64,000 nucleotides of DNA from Candidatus Poseidoniaceae archaeon (GTDB lineage Archaea; Thermoplasmatota; Poseidoniia; Poseidoniales; Poseidoniaceae). Location of the stretch: assembly GCA_049438185.1 (NCBI GenBank), contig JBMTJI010000005.1:2316-66315 (forward strand), in the 5' to 3' direction. The notes under the pieces were generated by a model that worked only from the letters and a program-made list of their open reading frames with translations, searched no databases and was not told where the DNA came from. Shown here in pieces: positions 1 to 8,489 of the stretch. Each line of letters starts with the position of its first letter. The first letter of the stretch is position 1. The position numbers and the translations under genes are program-made.

Positions 1-331
1 TTGAGATGTTGACGTTGATGTAGGGCTTTCGATCGTTGCTCGGCATTGCGAGAAGTATAGCGCCTGCACAAGTACCGAGGACTGGGCGATTTGGATGTTC
101 GTTCATCCAATTGTAAATGGAATCAAGAAGGCCTTCTGAACGAGAAGCAATCCGCATTGTTGTCGATTCCCCTCCTGGTAGAATGAGTCCCTGAATTGTG
201 GAGTCAACATCTTCTCCTTTACGCAATTGGACGACTTCAACGTCATGGTTGAGGTCTCTTGCAATCGAAAGAATGGCCTCTTCATGCTCATGTCGGGCAC
301 CTTGCACCATTGCAAGACCCACTCGCATCAT
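1..331 (-). CDS. pdxT: Pyridoxal 5'-phosphate synthase glutaminase subunit PdxT (N-terminal 110 aa; gene continues beyond window start)
   Basis: Minus-strand frame from ATG at 331 reads MMRVGLAMVQGARHEHEEAI...LILPGGESTTM...LGTCAGAILLA with no stop to position 1. The GGESTT and G(T)CAG motifs are typical of the SNO/PdxT glutaminase. The track ORF 103..315 is in a different frame and looks spurious. Confidence 0.7.
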   Translation of the reverse strand, partial: MMRVGLAMVQGARHEHEEAILSIARDLNHDVEVVQLRKGEDVDSTIQGLILPGGESTTMRIASRSEGLLDSIYNWMNEHPNRPVLGTCAGAILLAMPSNDRKPYINVNIS

Positions 332-439
332 GGTTGCTCCTAAACCTCCATGTCTTTAGCACATAGCATCGAGTCAAACGAAGATTTTGAGCATGCTTGA
401 GAGTCGCTATTCAAAAACCGTGCGCGCTACGATTGAATC

Positions 440-1624
440 ATGGCACACGAAGGTGACTGCTTTCTCGTCCCGGGCCCAGTACGAATGAGTGAGGCATGTC
501 TTCAGGCCATGGCAACACCAGTCATGACTGCACGTGGCTCGGAATTTCGAGATGTAATGGCAGACCTCAATGCAGGACTTCGGACTGCATTCAATCTAAC
601 GCCCTCTACCCGAGAACGCGGAACGGAGTCTTGGTCTGGCTCGGATGGCTACAAGGTCGTCGCCGTATCAGGAAGTGGTACTGCGGCTATGGAAATGGTC
701 ATTGCAAACCGATTCAGACCCAATGACCGGGTTCTCGTTCCGACCAACGGAAAATTCGGAGAACGCGTCGCTGATATTTGCAAACAATATTGCCAGGTCA
801 AGCACATCGCATACGAGTGGGGCCGCAGTTTCGATATCATGGAACTTGAGGAACAACTCGGTCGTGGAACCTTCGAAGCACTCCTGATTTGCCACAATGA
901 AACGAGTACAGGAATTACGCAGGATGCTGAAGCACTTGCACAATTGTGCGAAGAACACGGCGTGGCTTTCATTCTTGATGGAATCACATCCGTAGGAGGT
1001 TTACCAGTTCACCCAACAAAATGGAATGCAGAAGCGGTGGTGATGGGGGCACAGAAGTGCACTGCTGGACCAAGTGGGATTGCTGCGATTGCCATCAATG
1101 AACATTTCATTGAACGCGTCCAAACTATTCGTCAGCAGGGAGATTCAAATCCAGTGTATTACCTCGATTTGATCTCTGCCCTCAAGAAAGGAAACGATGA
1201 CCAAACGCCATGGACACCAGCGATCAATCTTGCTATGGGATGGGCAGTCTCACTTCGTGAACTCGAGGAAGAAGGACTCGAGAATCGTTGGGAACGATGC
1301 ACAACACTTGCCGATGGTGTTCGTCGCCTCTTTTCCGACCTCGGATTCATGTTGCTTGCTGATGCTGGTCAACAAAGCGATACAGTAACGGCCATCATGT
1401 ACCCGGAAGGAATCGATGATTCTTGGCGCAGCAAGCTCAAAGAGGATTATCAGACGCAAGTAATCGGAGCACAAGACCACCTCAAAGGAAAGATGTTCAG
1501 AGTCGGAAGCATGGGGACGACAACAATCGATGAGATGATTGAGGGGTGCAACCGCATGATTGCATGTTTCAATGAAATGGGACACACACTTCCAAACGTT
1601 GATGTTGCATCCTACTTTGCGTGA
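440..1624 (+). CDS. Class V pyridoxal-phosphate aminotransferase (serine-glyoxylate/alanine-glyoxylate aminotransferase-like)
   Basis: ATG start. N-terminus CFLVPGPVRMSEACLQAM matches the L(I/V)PGP..V....L..M start of class V aminotransferases. Length 394 aa is consistent with the AGXT/SGAT fold. Confidence 0.75.
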   Translation: MAHEGDCFLVPGPVRMSEACLQAMATPVMTARGSEFRDVMADLNAGLRTAFNLTPSTRERGTESWSGSDGYKVVAVSGSGTAAMEMVIANRFRPNDRVLVPTNGKFGERVADICKQYCQVKHIAYEWGRSFDIMELEEQLGRGTFEALLICHNETSTGITQDAEALAQLCEEHGVAFILDGITSVGGLPVHPTKWNAEAVVMGAQKCTAGPSGIAAIAINEHFIERVQTIRQQGDSNPVYYLDLISALKKGNDDQTPWTPAINLAMGWAVSLRELEEEGLENRWERCTTLADGVRRLFSDLGFMLLADAGQQSDTVTAIMYPEGIDDSWRSKLKEDYQTQVIGAQDHLKGKMFRVGSMGTTTIDEMIEGCNRMIACFNEMGHTLPNVDVASYFA

Positions 1625-1627
1625 ATC

Positions 1628-2176
1628 ATGGGCAAAGGAATCGTATTAGGTCGGTTCCAACCGTTTCACAACGGCCATGCGTACTTGGTTGAACAGGCAC
1701 TCATTCGATTTGAGGAAGTAACCATTGCGATTGGCTCCTCGCAGGACGAATGGACGGTGGACAACCCGTTTTCGTTCGAGGAGCGAAAGGACATGATCCA
1801 GCAATGGATTGGCGCCAGCGAACATCAAAGTAAGGTAAGCATTGTTGGAATTGAAGACATCAATGATCCACCGAATTGGGTCGAACATGCATCGAAGCAT
1901 CACGGGACTGGTACGCTAGTTACATCTGACGAGGCCACGAAAACACTCTACGAAGAATCTGGATTTGATGTGCATTGGGTCGATTTACACGAACGTCAAC
2001 GGTTCGAAGGCTGGAGAATTCGCCAAACCTGCATGATGCTCTCAACAGTCTATGACGATGAGGCAACTCGGATGGTTTTGGCTCCAAGCGTTCCAGCCCC
2101 AGTGACCGACTGGCTCATTGAACAAGACGGATTGTATCGCTTTTCACAGATTAACAACAGCCCGCACGCAGGCTAA
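1628..2176 (+). CDS. nadM: Nicotinamide-nucleotide adenylyltransferase, archaeal type
   Basis: MGKGIVLGRFQPFHNGHAYLV carries the archaeal NMNAT GRFQPFH(K/N)GH signature. Length is about 180 aa. Start lies 3 nt after the upstream stop. Confidence 0.85.
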   Translation: MGKGIVLGRFQPFHNGHAYLVEQALIRFEEVTIAIGSSQDEWTVDNPFSFEERKDMIQQWIGASEHQSKVSIVGIEDINDPPNWVEHASKHHGTGTLVTSDEATKTLYEESGFDVHWVDLHERQRFEGWRIRQTCMMLSTVYDDEATRMVLAPSVPAPVTDWLIEQDGLYRFSQINNSPHAG

Positions 2177-2746
2177 TCACTCGGTTGCAACAACAACACG
2201 AGCAGCTCTCAGAACACGTTCCTTGTACATGTAGCCGGGTTCGAGAACGTCAATCACTTGGCCTGCAGGAAATTGTTCAGAGGCTGGAAGTGTCGTGATG
2301 GCTTCCATCGTTGCTGGATTGAACTCCTGTCCTTTCGCCTCGATCGATTTGATACCATCAGCCTCGAGTTCTCTCCATAACTTGTTTCGCAACAATCGCA
2401 AGCCTTGAGCCACAGGTGATTCGTCACCATCCTCAACTTGACTCAATGCTCTGTCAACATCGTTAAGGATTGGAATCATTCTTCGGGCAAGACCCATCCC
2501 CCCATACTGAATCAACGAAGACTTTTCCGCCATCAATCGTTTTCGTACGTTTTGAATTTCAGCGTCCTTGTAGGCGATTTCTTTCTCAGCTTTTTCTGCT
2601 CGCTGAATCGCTTCTTCAAGGGGGTCAACAGGTTCGACGTGTTCCGATAAATCCATCTGTTCGTCGACTTCTTCGAAAACGGGTGTTTCATCATCGTGAG
2701 CGTCTTCGGTTTCGTCCAAAGGGACGTCTTTGTTCTCCTCTGACAT
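2177..2746 (-). CDS. grpE: Nucleotide exchange factor GrpE
   Basis: Acidic N-terminal region, then a coiled coil, then the C-terminal GrpE beta domain (LPAGQVIDVLEPGYMYKERVLRAARVVV). Track start 2776 is TTG. The in-frame ATG at 2746 (MSEENKDV) is preferred. Confidence 0.75.
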   Translation of the reverse strand: MSEENKDVPLDETEDAHDDETPVFEEVDEQMDLSEHVEPVDPLEEAIQRAEKAEKEIAYKDAEIQNVRKRLMAEKSSLIQYGGMGLARRMIPILNDVDRALSQVEDGDESPVAQGLRLLRNKLWRELEADGIKSIEAKGQEFNPATMEAITTLPASEQFPAGQVIDVLEPGYMYKERVLRAARVVVATE

Positions 2747-2772
2747 GATTCCACCGAAACGGATGTGGTCTT

Positions 2773-3519
2773 TCAACCCGACGCTGTTGTTTCATCAGGA
2801 AGTTCATTCGCAAGAATGGTTGAGAGATTCCAAGAAGAAGTTCCCCATTTCCTTGCTTCAAGGTGGTCACGACCGATAATCGCAACCAGATTTTCTTCGT
2901 TCATCCACCGCTTCATGGTATGGACAAGAGCCTTTGCAGCACGGTCATGCGCTTCAAAAGTTGGAACGATTCGTGGATCTTCTTTCTCATCCATCGTCTC
3001 CCCTAACTCTTTGCGACGTTCCATCCAATCCAAGCACACACGCTCGGCGTACTCTTGCTCAGGAATGTTCCATAGAGTTTGACAGACGGCATCCCAGGTC
3101 TCGCCACCGTAGAGTTCTTCTTCGCCTTCGATCGTCTTTGTCAAGGCAACGTCGAGGTACATGTAGGCTCGGCCTTCCCATGCTTCCCATGCTCCAGGAC
3201 TTGCCCATTTCATCGCTAAAAGAAGCCCCTTTTCGCCATCAGCCGAGTCTTGCAAACATGACCAGAAGCTCGCTTCGTCAGATCGTTCACGACGTTGCGT
3301 ATCCATCCAATCGAGCAATTCTGCTTCAGCGTCAATGTCGAAATGTACTTTCAGACGAGAATCTTGCACTGGCCGATTTGAACGCATGGTGCGCTTTTCT
3401 AAGCCAAAATAAAGGTCACACCATTGAGTTGTGACAAGCTGACGCAAACTTGGGACATCAACGAGAAGAACAACGATTTCCAGTCCCATGTGACAATCCA
3501 AACGTGGTCTAGATTTCAT
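2773..3519 (-). CDS. Hypothetical Trp-rich acidic protein
   Basis: Long ORF with no recognisable motifs. Track start at 3546 is TTG. The first ATG is at 3519 (MKSRPRLD). Confidence 0.4.
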   Translation of the reverse strand: MKSRPRLDCHMGLEIVVLLVDVPSLRQLVTTQWCDLYFGLEKRTMRSNRPVQDSRLKVHFDIDAEAELLDWMDTQRRERSDEASFWSCLQDSADGEKGLLLAMKWASPGAWEAWEGRAYMYLDVALTKTIEGEEELYGGETWDAVCQTLWNIPEQEYAERVCLDWMERRKELGETMDEKEDPRIVPTFEAHDRAAKALVHTMKRWMNEENLVAIIGRDHLEARKWGTSSWNLSTILANELPDETTASG

Positions 3520-3573
3520 GGCATCGGCCCAATGAAAAAACAACAAATTGAGTCACAATGCTGTAACTTTATG

Positions 3574-3579
3574 TTTATA
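3574..3579 (+). promoter_or_regulatory. TATA-like box (TTTATA) about 24-29 nt upstream of the ATG of the 3603 gene, consistent with a leaderless archaeal transcript
   Basis: The read sequence is gtttatacaattcaagatgaacggaattct followed by ATG at 3603. Spacing fits archaeal TATA-to-TSS distance. Confidence 0.3.
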
Positions 3580-3602
3580 CAATTCAAGATGAACGGAATT
3601 CT

Positions 3603-6600
3603 ATGCGAATTACCGTACTAACCATCCTACTGCTTGCTGCACTTCACCCAATGATAGGTACAAACAGCCTTGAAGAACTCTCTGTGCCGAGTCTTAGTAG
3701 TTCTGACGGTGTTGAATTGATCATCGAATCAGAGCCGAACGACTCAAACACAACCGGTCAGGAAGTCTACCCCGGTGATGTTGTACGCGGTACTGTTGAC
3801 ATGTGGTCTGACCAACAAGATTGGTATTCTGTCTGGTTGGAGCCAGGTCAAACACTCCTCCTAACGCTCTCACACGCTTCAGGCGATGGCGTCTCCATGT
3901 CCGTTTGGGATGAAGAAAACACCAACTATGGTGCAAGCAACCCTGCAAAGACACGCGATACGTTGTTCCTTGGCGAAGATGAAACTTCAGTTGGAGGCGT
4001 TTACAGCGTAGCCATCAATGCCACGATGACGGAAGCAGGAGGTGGTGCTTACGTCCTTGAAATCGATGCAGGATATGTTGTGAACTGGTATGCTCCTGAG
4101 GTCGGTTGGAATGTGGCTTCTGATATGTACGATGCAAAGGGGAACATCATGTACGCCTCCGTTCTTGATTCCTACCAATTCGCTCAAGCATCGTCCACAG
4201 ATACGCAATCTGCTCCCGTCTGGACCAACGGTGATTTCTGGAACTTTTCCGTTTCAATGCCTTCGATGTTCGGCGTGAGTTACGAAGAGTATCACCAAAT
4301 GACTGTGACAGGAACTGACACAGTTTCGGGTAAAGAGTGTTACACCGTTAGCGTTGTCGGAAAAGCAACATTGGAAATGAGTTTACCAGGCTTGGATACC
4401 AAAACAGTTGATGAAGAAAATGGTGTAGCATGCTATGCCAAGGACACGCTTGCTTTGGTCCACGAAAACATCACATTTACCTCCAAAATTGAAACGGATT
4501 CCAGCTTTGAAATGATGAGCACATCTGGCCGAAGTTGTACGGATGATTGGGGCGATCCTGACGAGGACTGTGACGGCGTATCCGACGATTGGGACGACTG
4601 CCCAGGTACAGCCAACGGTGCTGAAGTGGATGGATTTGGTTGCTCTGATGCGCAAAATAACGGTGGTGGCGGAGGTGGTTCCGAGGATACCGACGGCGAT
4701 GGAATTCCTGATTCGAACGATGCTTGCCCGAACGAATATGCCGATGCCCAAAATGACGCTGATAACGATGGCTGCCCGGATGAAAACGGCGGTGGCAACA
4801 ACGGAGGTGGTACAGGGACATCTGATGCAGATGGTGATGGCGTCGATGACGCTGATGATGAGTGTCCAAACACACCTTCCGGTGAAAGTGTCGATTTCTT
4901 TGGATGCAGTGACAGCCAGAATGGTGGAGGCAACAACGGCGGCGGCAATGGCGACGGAGGCTTCGGTGGAGGCGGTTCAGGAGGCGGAGGATACATCGAT
5001 GAAGGATGCATTCCGAGTGGTTTTGACATGAATGAAGAAACCGTGATTCGCTCTGATTTAACCTATGCAAACGGCTTGGATGCATTCAACTTCCCGCTCA
5101 CAGAAGGCAAGGTCTGGAGTGACGCTGCTGTTGGAACTGGAACGCTCGAACTTTCAATCGAAATCGGAGGATGCATCCTCTTGGACATGGCCCTCGATGC
5201 CTCTGATGCCCTTCCACTCAATTATCGCCACATTGGCACTGAATCGTTCACAGTGGGTTCTTCAACAGTCACTGCAAACGGTGTGCAAGTGTTCGCTGGT
5301 CGAGAAGGAAACAACGACTGGGCTACACCTGATTTCACAATTCTTCCAAGCGTACCCGATGACGTGGCACGAATGGGTCTACCATTCGCTGCTTGGATCA
5401 ATGTCGTTGGATTCAATGAATTTGACGAGACCGTTTCCATTAGTGCAACTGTGAATGCTGAGAATGCACCGCTCATGTACGACAATCAGGAACTCTCCAT
5501 CGATGAATTAGGTGCTGTCGTTGTCGATACCATGAACATGTCAAGCGGGGACTACGTTCTCTCAATTATGGGGACCCACGAAGGCTTTGAGCGGTCTGTT
5601 GATGTTGCTTTCACAGTTGACAACGACCCTGATTTCGAGATCATTGCATTCGATCCATGGCTCGTCGTGCCGGGCGGCGTACCCTGGGAACTTCCAACAC
5701 CAATCTTCATTGAACCACTCAATGGATTTGGAGCGGATGTTACTGTGAGTGTAACCCTGCCGAGTGACACCAACATCTCTGGAACGCTCGACTTTGCCTC
5801 GGGTACGACACCATTCATGCCCGTTTTGACACTCTCCGTGCCTGAAAATCTTCCAGCAGGCGATTATACGATTATCGTCACCGGGACGTCTGGTTCGACC
5901 GTCAAATCCGATGAAATCACCCTTAGCATTACGTCATTGCCAGAATTTACACTCGACATCGATAATCGTGAACAACTTCTCACCACTGAAGAGACCATGG
6001 TGATCAGCGGAGCAATCAATGCACACAACGGTCTTGACTTGACGCTTGGCGGCGCACTCGATATCATCATCGAACCGTACAATCAGAAGTTACTGGATAG
6101 TGCCGTCATCACGTGGGGTGCTATTGATGCAAACGGAGATTTGACTTTTGAAGTGAGCTTCATGCTCGATGAGGAGATTCCACTGCACAATTACAACATC
6201 CAATTGAATGTTGTAACGCTTGATGGTGGTATCGCCCACGCTGCATCTGTGGCGTTCGTAACGGAATCATCAACAATCTCTGGAACTGCGACCGCAGCAG
6301 GCACTTCATCTGTATCTTCAGGCAATACGGAGGAACACGATGGTACCGATTCTTCAGCTCAAAACATTGTCGAGGAAGGTGAAGAACAGAACGACGCAAG
6401 CGGTGATTCTGAAACAAATTCTGAATCTGAGTCCAAATCATCCAACACACTGGTGATTGTGGGCTCCTCCGTCGCTGTGATTGCCATCGCAGCAGTTGTT
6501 GGCTTCCTTGTCATGCGAGGCCGATCAACAGGAATTGAATCGAAGGATTTCAATCAGCAACTTTGGAATCAAGAACCCGCAGCTGCACAGCCTGCACAAC

Positions 6601-6881
6601 CTATGAACACGCAACAAATGGGTGCGATTCCTATGCAATCACAACCAATTCAACAAGCGCCTGTGGTCCAACAACCGGTTGCTCCTGCAATTGCTCCAGC
6701 TCCACCACAGGCGATGGCAACGGCGCCACCACCACCTGCTCAACCAGACCGAGTCGCCGATTACACTGGCCTACCACCCGGTGGACAGTACGATCAATCG
6801 ACTGGGCAGACCATCTACATTGGACCTGACCAGAGCCGATGGCAGATGATGCCAGATGGTAGTTTCAACCGTATCGGATGA
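3603..6881 (+). CDS. Large secreted/cell-surface protein with thrombospondin type-3-like Ca-binding repeats, C-terminal TM anchor and Gln/Pro-rich cytoplasmic tail
   Basis: N-terminal signal-like segment MRITVLTILLLAALHP. Repeated DxDxDGxxDxxDxCP loops are separated by poly-Gly/Asn linkers. A hydrophobic helix LVIVGSSVAVIAIAAVVGFLVMRGR is followed by a roughly 120-aa Q/P/A-rich tail. Confidence 0.7.
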   Translation: MRITVLTILLLAALHPMIGTNSLEELSVPSLSSSDGVELIIESEPNDSNTTGQEVYPGDVVRGTVDMWSDQQDWYSVWLEPGQTLLLTLSHASGDGVSMSVWDEENTNYGASNPAKTRDTLFLGEDETSVGGVYSVAINATMTEAGGGAYVLEIDAGYVVNWYAPEVGWNVASDMYDAKGNIMYASVLDSYQFAQASSTDTQSAPVWTNGDFWNFSVSMPSMFGVSYEEYHQMTVTGTDTVSGKECYTVSVVGKATLEMSLPGLDTKTVDEENGVACYAKDTLALVHENITFTSKIETDSSFEMMSTSGRSCTDDWGDPDEDCDGVSDDWDDCPGTANGAEVDGFGCSDAQNNGGGGGGSEDTDGDGIPDSNDACPNEYADAQNDADNDGCPDENGGGNNGGGTGTSDADGDGVDDADDECPNTPSGESVDFFGCSDSQNGGGNNGGGNGDGGFGGGGSGGGGYIDEGCIPSGFDMNEETVIRSDLTYANGLDAFNFPLTEGKVWSDAAVGTGTLELSIEIGGCILLDMALDASDALPLNYRHIGTESFTVGSSTVTANGVQVFAGREGNNDWATPDFTILPSVPDDVARMGLPFAAWINVVGFNEFDETVSISATVNAENAPLMYDNQELSIDELGAVVVDTMNMSSGDYVLSIMGTHEGFERSVDVAFTVDNDPDFEIIAFDPWLVVPGGVPWELPTPIFIEPLNGFGADVTVSVTLPSDTNISGTLDFASGTTPFMPVLTLSVPENLPAGDYTIIVTGTSGSTVKSDEITLSITSLPEFTLDIDNREQLLTTEETMVISGAINAHNGLDLTLGGALDIIIEPYNQKLLDSAVITWGAIDANGDLTFEVSFMLDEEIPLHNYNIQLNVVTLDGGIAHAASVAFVTESSTISGTATAAGTSSVSSGNTEEHDGTDSSAQNIVEEGEEQNDASGDSETNSESESKSSNTLVIVGSSVAVIAIAAVVGFLVMRGRSTGIESKDFNQQLWNQEPAAAQPAQPMNTQQMGAIPMQSQPIQQAPVVQQPVAPAIAPAPPQAMATAPPPPAQPDRVADYTGLPPGGQYDQSTGQTIYIGPDQSRWQMMPDGSFNRIG
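4536..5020 (+). repeat. Intragenic tandem Ca-binding loop repeats (DxDxDG...CP) with GGN-rich linkers
   Basis: Read directly: CTDDWGDPDEDCDGVSDDWDDCPG / DTDGDGIPDSNDACPN / DADNDGCPDENGGG / DADGDGVDDADDECPN, with GGGGGG/NNGGG linkers between them. Confidence 0.55.
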
Positions 6882-6963
6882 AGATGCAAAGCGATGAATC
6901 CTCCAAGGTTCTTACAACAGCCTTGAAGAACAGGGTCTGTTCCAAAAGGACAGGGGGGTTCGT

Positions 6964-8079
6964 ATGGCGACGATTAAAGAGCAAATCGAAATGATTCGCG
7001 CTGAGATCGACAAAACGCAAAAGAACAAGGCTACCAATGCCCACATTGGGAAGTTGAAGGCCAAGATTGCCCAACTGAAACTCAAGGAAGAGAAAGCTGC
7101 TGCACACTCGAAAGCGAGTGGTGGTGGCAAAGGCTTCGAAGTCAAGAAGTCTGGGGATGCGACAGTTTCGCTGGTCGGATTTCCATCAGTAGGAAAATCA
7201 ACACTCATTTCCAAAGTCACTGATGCTCACTCGGAGGCAGGAGGATATGCGTTTACCACGTTGACATGTATCCCTGGTGTCATGGAACATCGAGGTGCAA
7301 AAATACAGATTCTTGACTTGCCTGGTTTGATCAAGGGTGCTGCTGAAGGAAAAGGCAGAGGAAAAGAAATTCTCAATGTCATCCGCTCTTCGGACATGGT
7401 TCTCTACATCGTTGATCCTTTCCAGGACGGGCATTTTAATGTCCTTCATCGAGAACTGCATAATTCTGGACTCCGATTGAATCAACAAAAGCCTCCCGTC
7501 TTCATCAAGCGTGTCGATAAGGGTGGAATTGATGTTCGAACAACGGTTGAACAAACACATCTTACTCCTGAAGAAATGGGTGATATCATCCGATCGTTCG
7601 GATACACATCCGCCATTGTTACTCTAAGGCAAGATACGACAGCAGAACAAATTGTTGACTGTTTGGCAGGGAACATCGTCTACGAAAAGGCTGTTATCGC
7701 TATCAACAAAATTGACATCGCAACCCCTGAAGACATTGAGAGGGCAAAGTCAGGTCTTCCAAACGATTGGCCAATCATGGAAATTTCTGCGTTCAAAGAC
7801 ATCGGTTTAACCGAATTGAAAGACTTCATCTACGACAACCTTGGTTTTATGCGGGTTTTCCTCAAACCACAAGGCCAAGAAGCTGATTTGGAGGAACCTC
7901 TCATCGTCAAGGATGATTCAACGGTTGAAACAATATGCAACAAATTGCATCGGGACTTCGTACGAAAATTCAGATTCGCTCGAATCAAAGGCCCCTCAGC
8001 AAAATTTGATTGGCAACGTGTCGGATTGGATCACCAACTCAAAGATGGTGACCTCCTTACCATCGTGGTGAAGCGATGA
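6964..8079 (+). CDS. Developmentally regulated GTP-binding protein (DRG/Rbg1-like Obg-family GTPase with TGS domain)
   Basis: N-terminal MATIKEQIEMIRAEIDKTQKNKAT...KLKAKIAQLK. G1 motif GFPSVGKSTL and G3 motif DLPGLI. C-terminal TGS-like domain. Length 371 aa. Confidence 0.8.
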   Translation: MATIKEQIEMIRAEIDKTQKNKATNAHIGKLKAKIAQLKLKEEKAAAHSKASGGGKGFEVKKSGDATVSLVGFPSVGKSTLISKVTDAHSEAGGYAFTTLTCIPGVMEHRGAKIQILDLPGLIKGAAEGKGRGKEILNVIRSSDMVLYIVDPFQDGHFNVLHRELHNSGLRLNQQKPPVFIKRVDKGGIDVRTTVEQTHLTPEEMGDIIRSFGYTSAIVTLRQDTTAEQIVDCLAGNIVYEKAVIAINKIDIATPEDIERAKSGLPNDWPIMEISAFKDIGLTELKDFIYDNLGFMRVFLKPQGQEADLEEPLIVKDDSTVETICNKLHRDFVRKFRFARIKGPSAKFDWQRVGLDHQLKDGDLLTIVVKR

Positions 8080-8489
8080 AGCATTTGTGGCCTTACCACA
8101 AAGATGCACTTGCATTGGGATTGGGTGCTTTTTTCATCTACGTTGGTATTCTTCATTTTACGGATGTTGAATGGTTCACACCGATCGTTCCTGAAGCCCT
8201 TCCACTCAGTGCAGAGTTCTGGGTCATCATCAGCGGCATACCTGAAGTTCTTTGTGGATTAGGGCTCATTCTACGACCTACTCGAGTCGTTGCTGGAAAA
8301 GCAACGGTTGTACTTCTCATCGTTCTTTATTGGGCGAACCTCAACATGTGGATCAACGATATTCCACTGAATGGAAACACGTTCCCATTGTGGGCACACA
8401 TTCTTCGAGCCTTTGCACAACTCGGTATGATCGCTGTAGCAGCGTATCTCAGTGATTGGATTCCAGAACTGAAATTGGGGGATGACTAA
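8076..8489 (+). CDS. Small integral membrane protein (about 4 TM, DoxX-like topology), function unknown
   Basis: ATGA overlap with the DRG stop codon. Four hydrophobic segments. Confidence 0.5.
   Translation: MKHLWPYHKDALALGLGAFFIYVGILHFTDVEWFTPIVPEALPLSAEFWVIISGIPEVLCGLGLILRPTRVVAGKATVVLLIVLYWANLNMWINDIPLNGNTFPLWAHILRAFAQLGMIAVAAYLSDWIPELKLGDD

Noticed and set aside
103-315. Track ORF of 70 aa on the minus strand
   Set aside because: It is in a different frame from the continuous pdxT reading frame (1-331) that carries the GGESTT glutaminase motif.
4433-5085. Long antisense ORFs (Pro-rich 198 aa; His/Arg-rich 202 aa) and a sense-strand alternative-frame ORF inside the 3603-6881 gene
   Set aside because: They arise from the reverse complement or frameshift of GGN/GAY repeat codons of the Gly/Asp-rich repeat region. 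The result is low complexity with no start context. The sense frame is continuous and motif-rich.
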